Origin: a virus
Virus record (IMG/VR): IMGVR_UViG_3300028840_004168
Location: 1 to 64,000 of that record
DNA: 64,000 nt
Reading direction: 5' to 3' (one strand)
A program made the translations under genes and the position numbers. Under the pieces are notes generated by a model, which saw only the letters and a program-made list of their open reading frames with translations, did not search any database and was not told the DNA's origin. Positions 63,847 through 64,000 of the stretch are shown here, one piece after another. Within the stretch, counting starts at the first letter, position 1. Every line of letters begins with the position of its first letter.

Positions 63847-64000
63847 TTAAAAGATTGTTGCCACAATGAAATCATCATTGCGATAACGAACAGGAAGTCC
63901 ATTAACGCCAGTGATAATGTCAATCCTCTTAGGATCTACTTTGTCATTAACTACAGTTTCAGCGAACACTCCAGGTTTAGGAGCCAGCATGTTGCCTTCG
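63847..64000 (-). CDS. major capsid protein C-terminus (lambda gpE-like family), 5'-truncated
   Basis: Manual translation ...KPGVFAETVVNDKVDPKRIDIITGVNGLPVRYRNDDFIVATIF*; G.F...DP...LPV...ATI pattern and gene order. Confidence 0.7.
   Translation of the reverse strand, partial: EGNMLAPKPGVFAETVVNDKVDPKRIDIITGVNGLPVRYRNDDFIVATIF

Noticed and set aside
567-63869. Numerous plus-strand and nested ORFs in the track (for example 1717-2073, 5689-6222, 11296-11889, 57555-58052, 63082-63735)
   Set aside because: They are antisense or alternate-frame shadows of well-supported minus-strand genes, with no SD or family motifs.

Overview
The window is a 64-kb segment of a large (probably jumbo) dsDNA tailed phage with siphovirus-type tail genes. 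It uses the standard genetic code, is roughly 40% GC by eye, and essentially all real genes are on the minus strand. In transcription order (64000 down to 1) it holds: (1) the end of a gpE-type major capsid gene, head-tail joining genes, a decorated tail tube with no sheath gene, duplicated tail assembly chaperones and a 2846-aa tape measure protein; (2) a second tube paralog and a 13-kb, unusually Cys-rich and paralog-rich tail-tip module; (3) a replication/recombination module starting at a ribbon-helix-helix gene, with an intein-containing GT9 glycosyltransferase, UvsW-like helicase, DnaC-like loader, DnaB, primase, DnaE, HU, UvsY-like, gp32-like SSB, HNH, RecA and SbcD/SbcC; (4) a sigma70-driven block with membrane proteins, an LpxH-like phosphoesterase and a Ycf46-like AAA+/DUF3150/DUF1257/DUF2997 module; (5) RuvC and a glycan-tailoring cluster (GT9, sulfotransferase-like, two SAM methyltransferases, TylF). 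No tRNA, rRNA, CRISPR array or integrase was seen. The strongest unexplained signals are a dispersed 14-bp palindrome TCTGnAATTnCAGA (8 exact and 4 one-mismatch copies, mostly inside genes), a possible phage-encoded thiol/disulfide system around the tail tip, an intein sitting in a CxxC motif, gene duplication plus a terminator in place of the G/GT frameshift, and tandem promoter-terminator cassettes. All family names come from motif recognition by eye; no database search was run.
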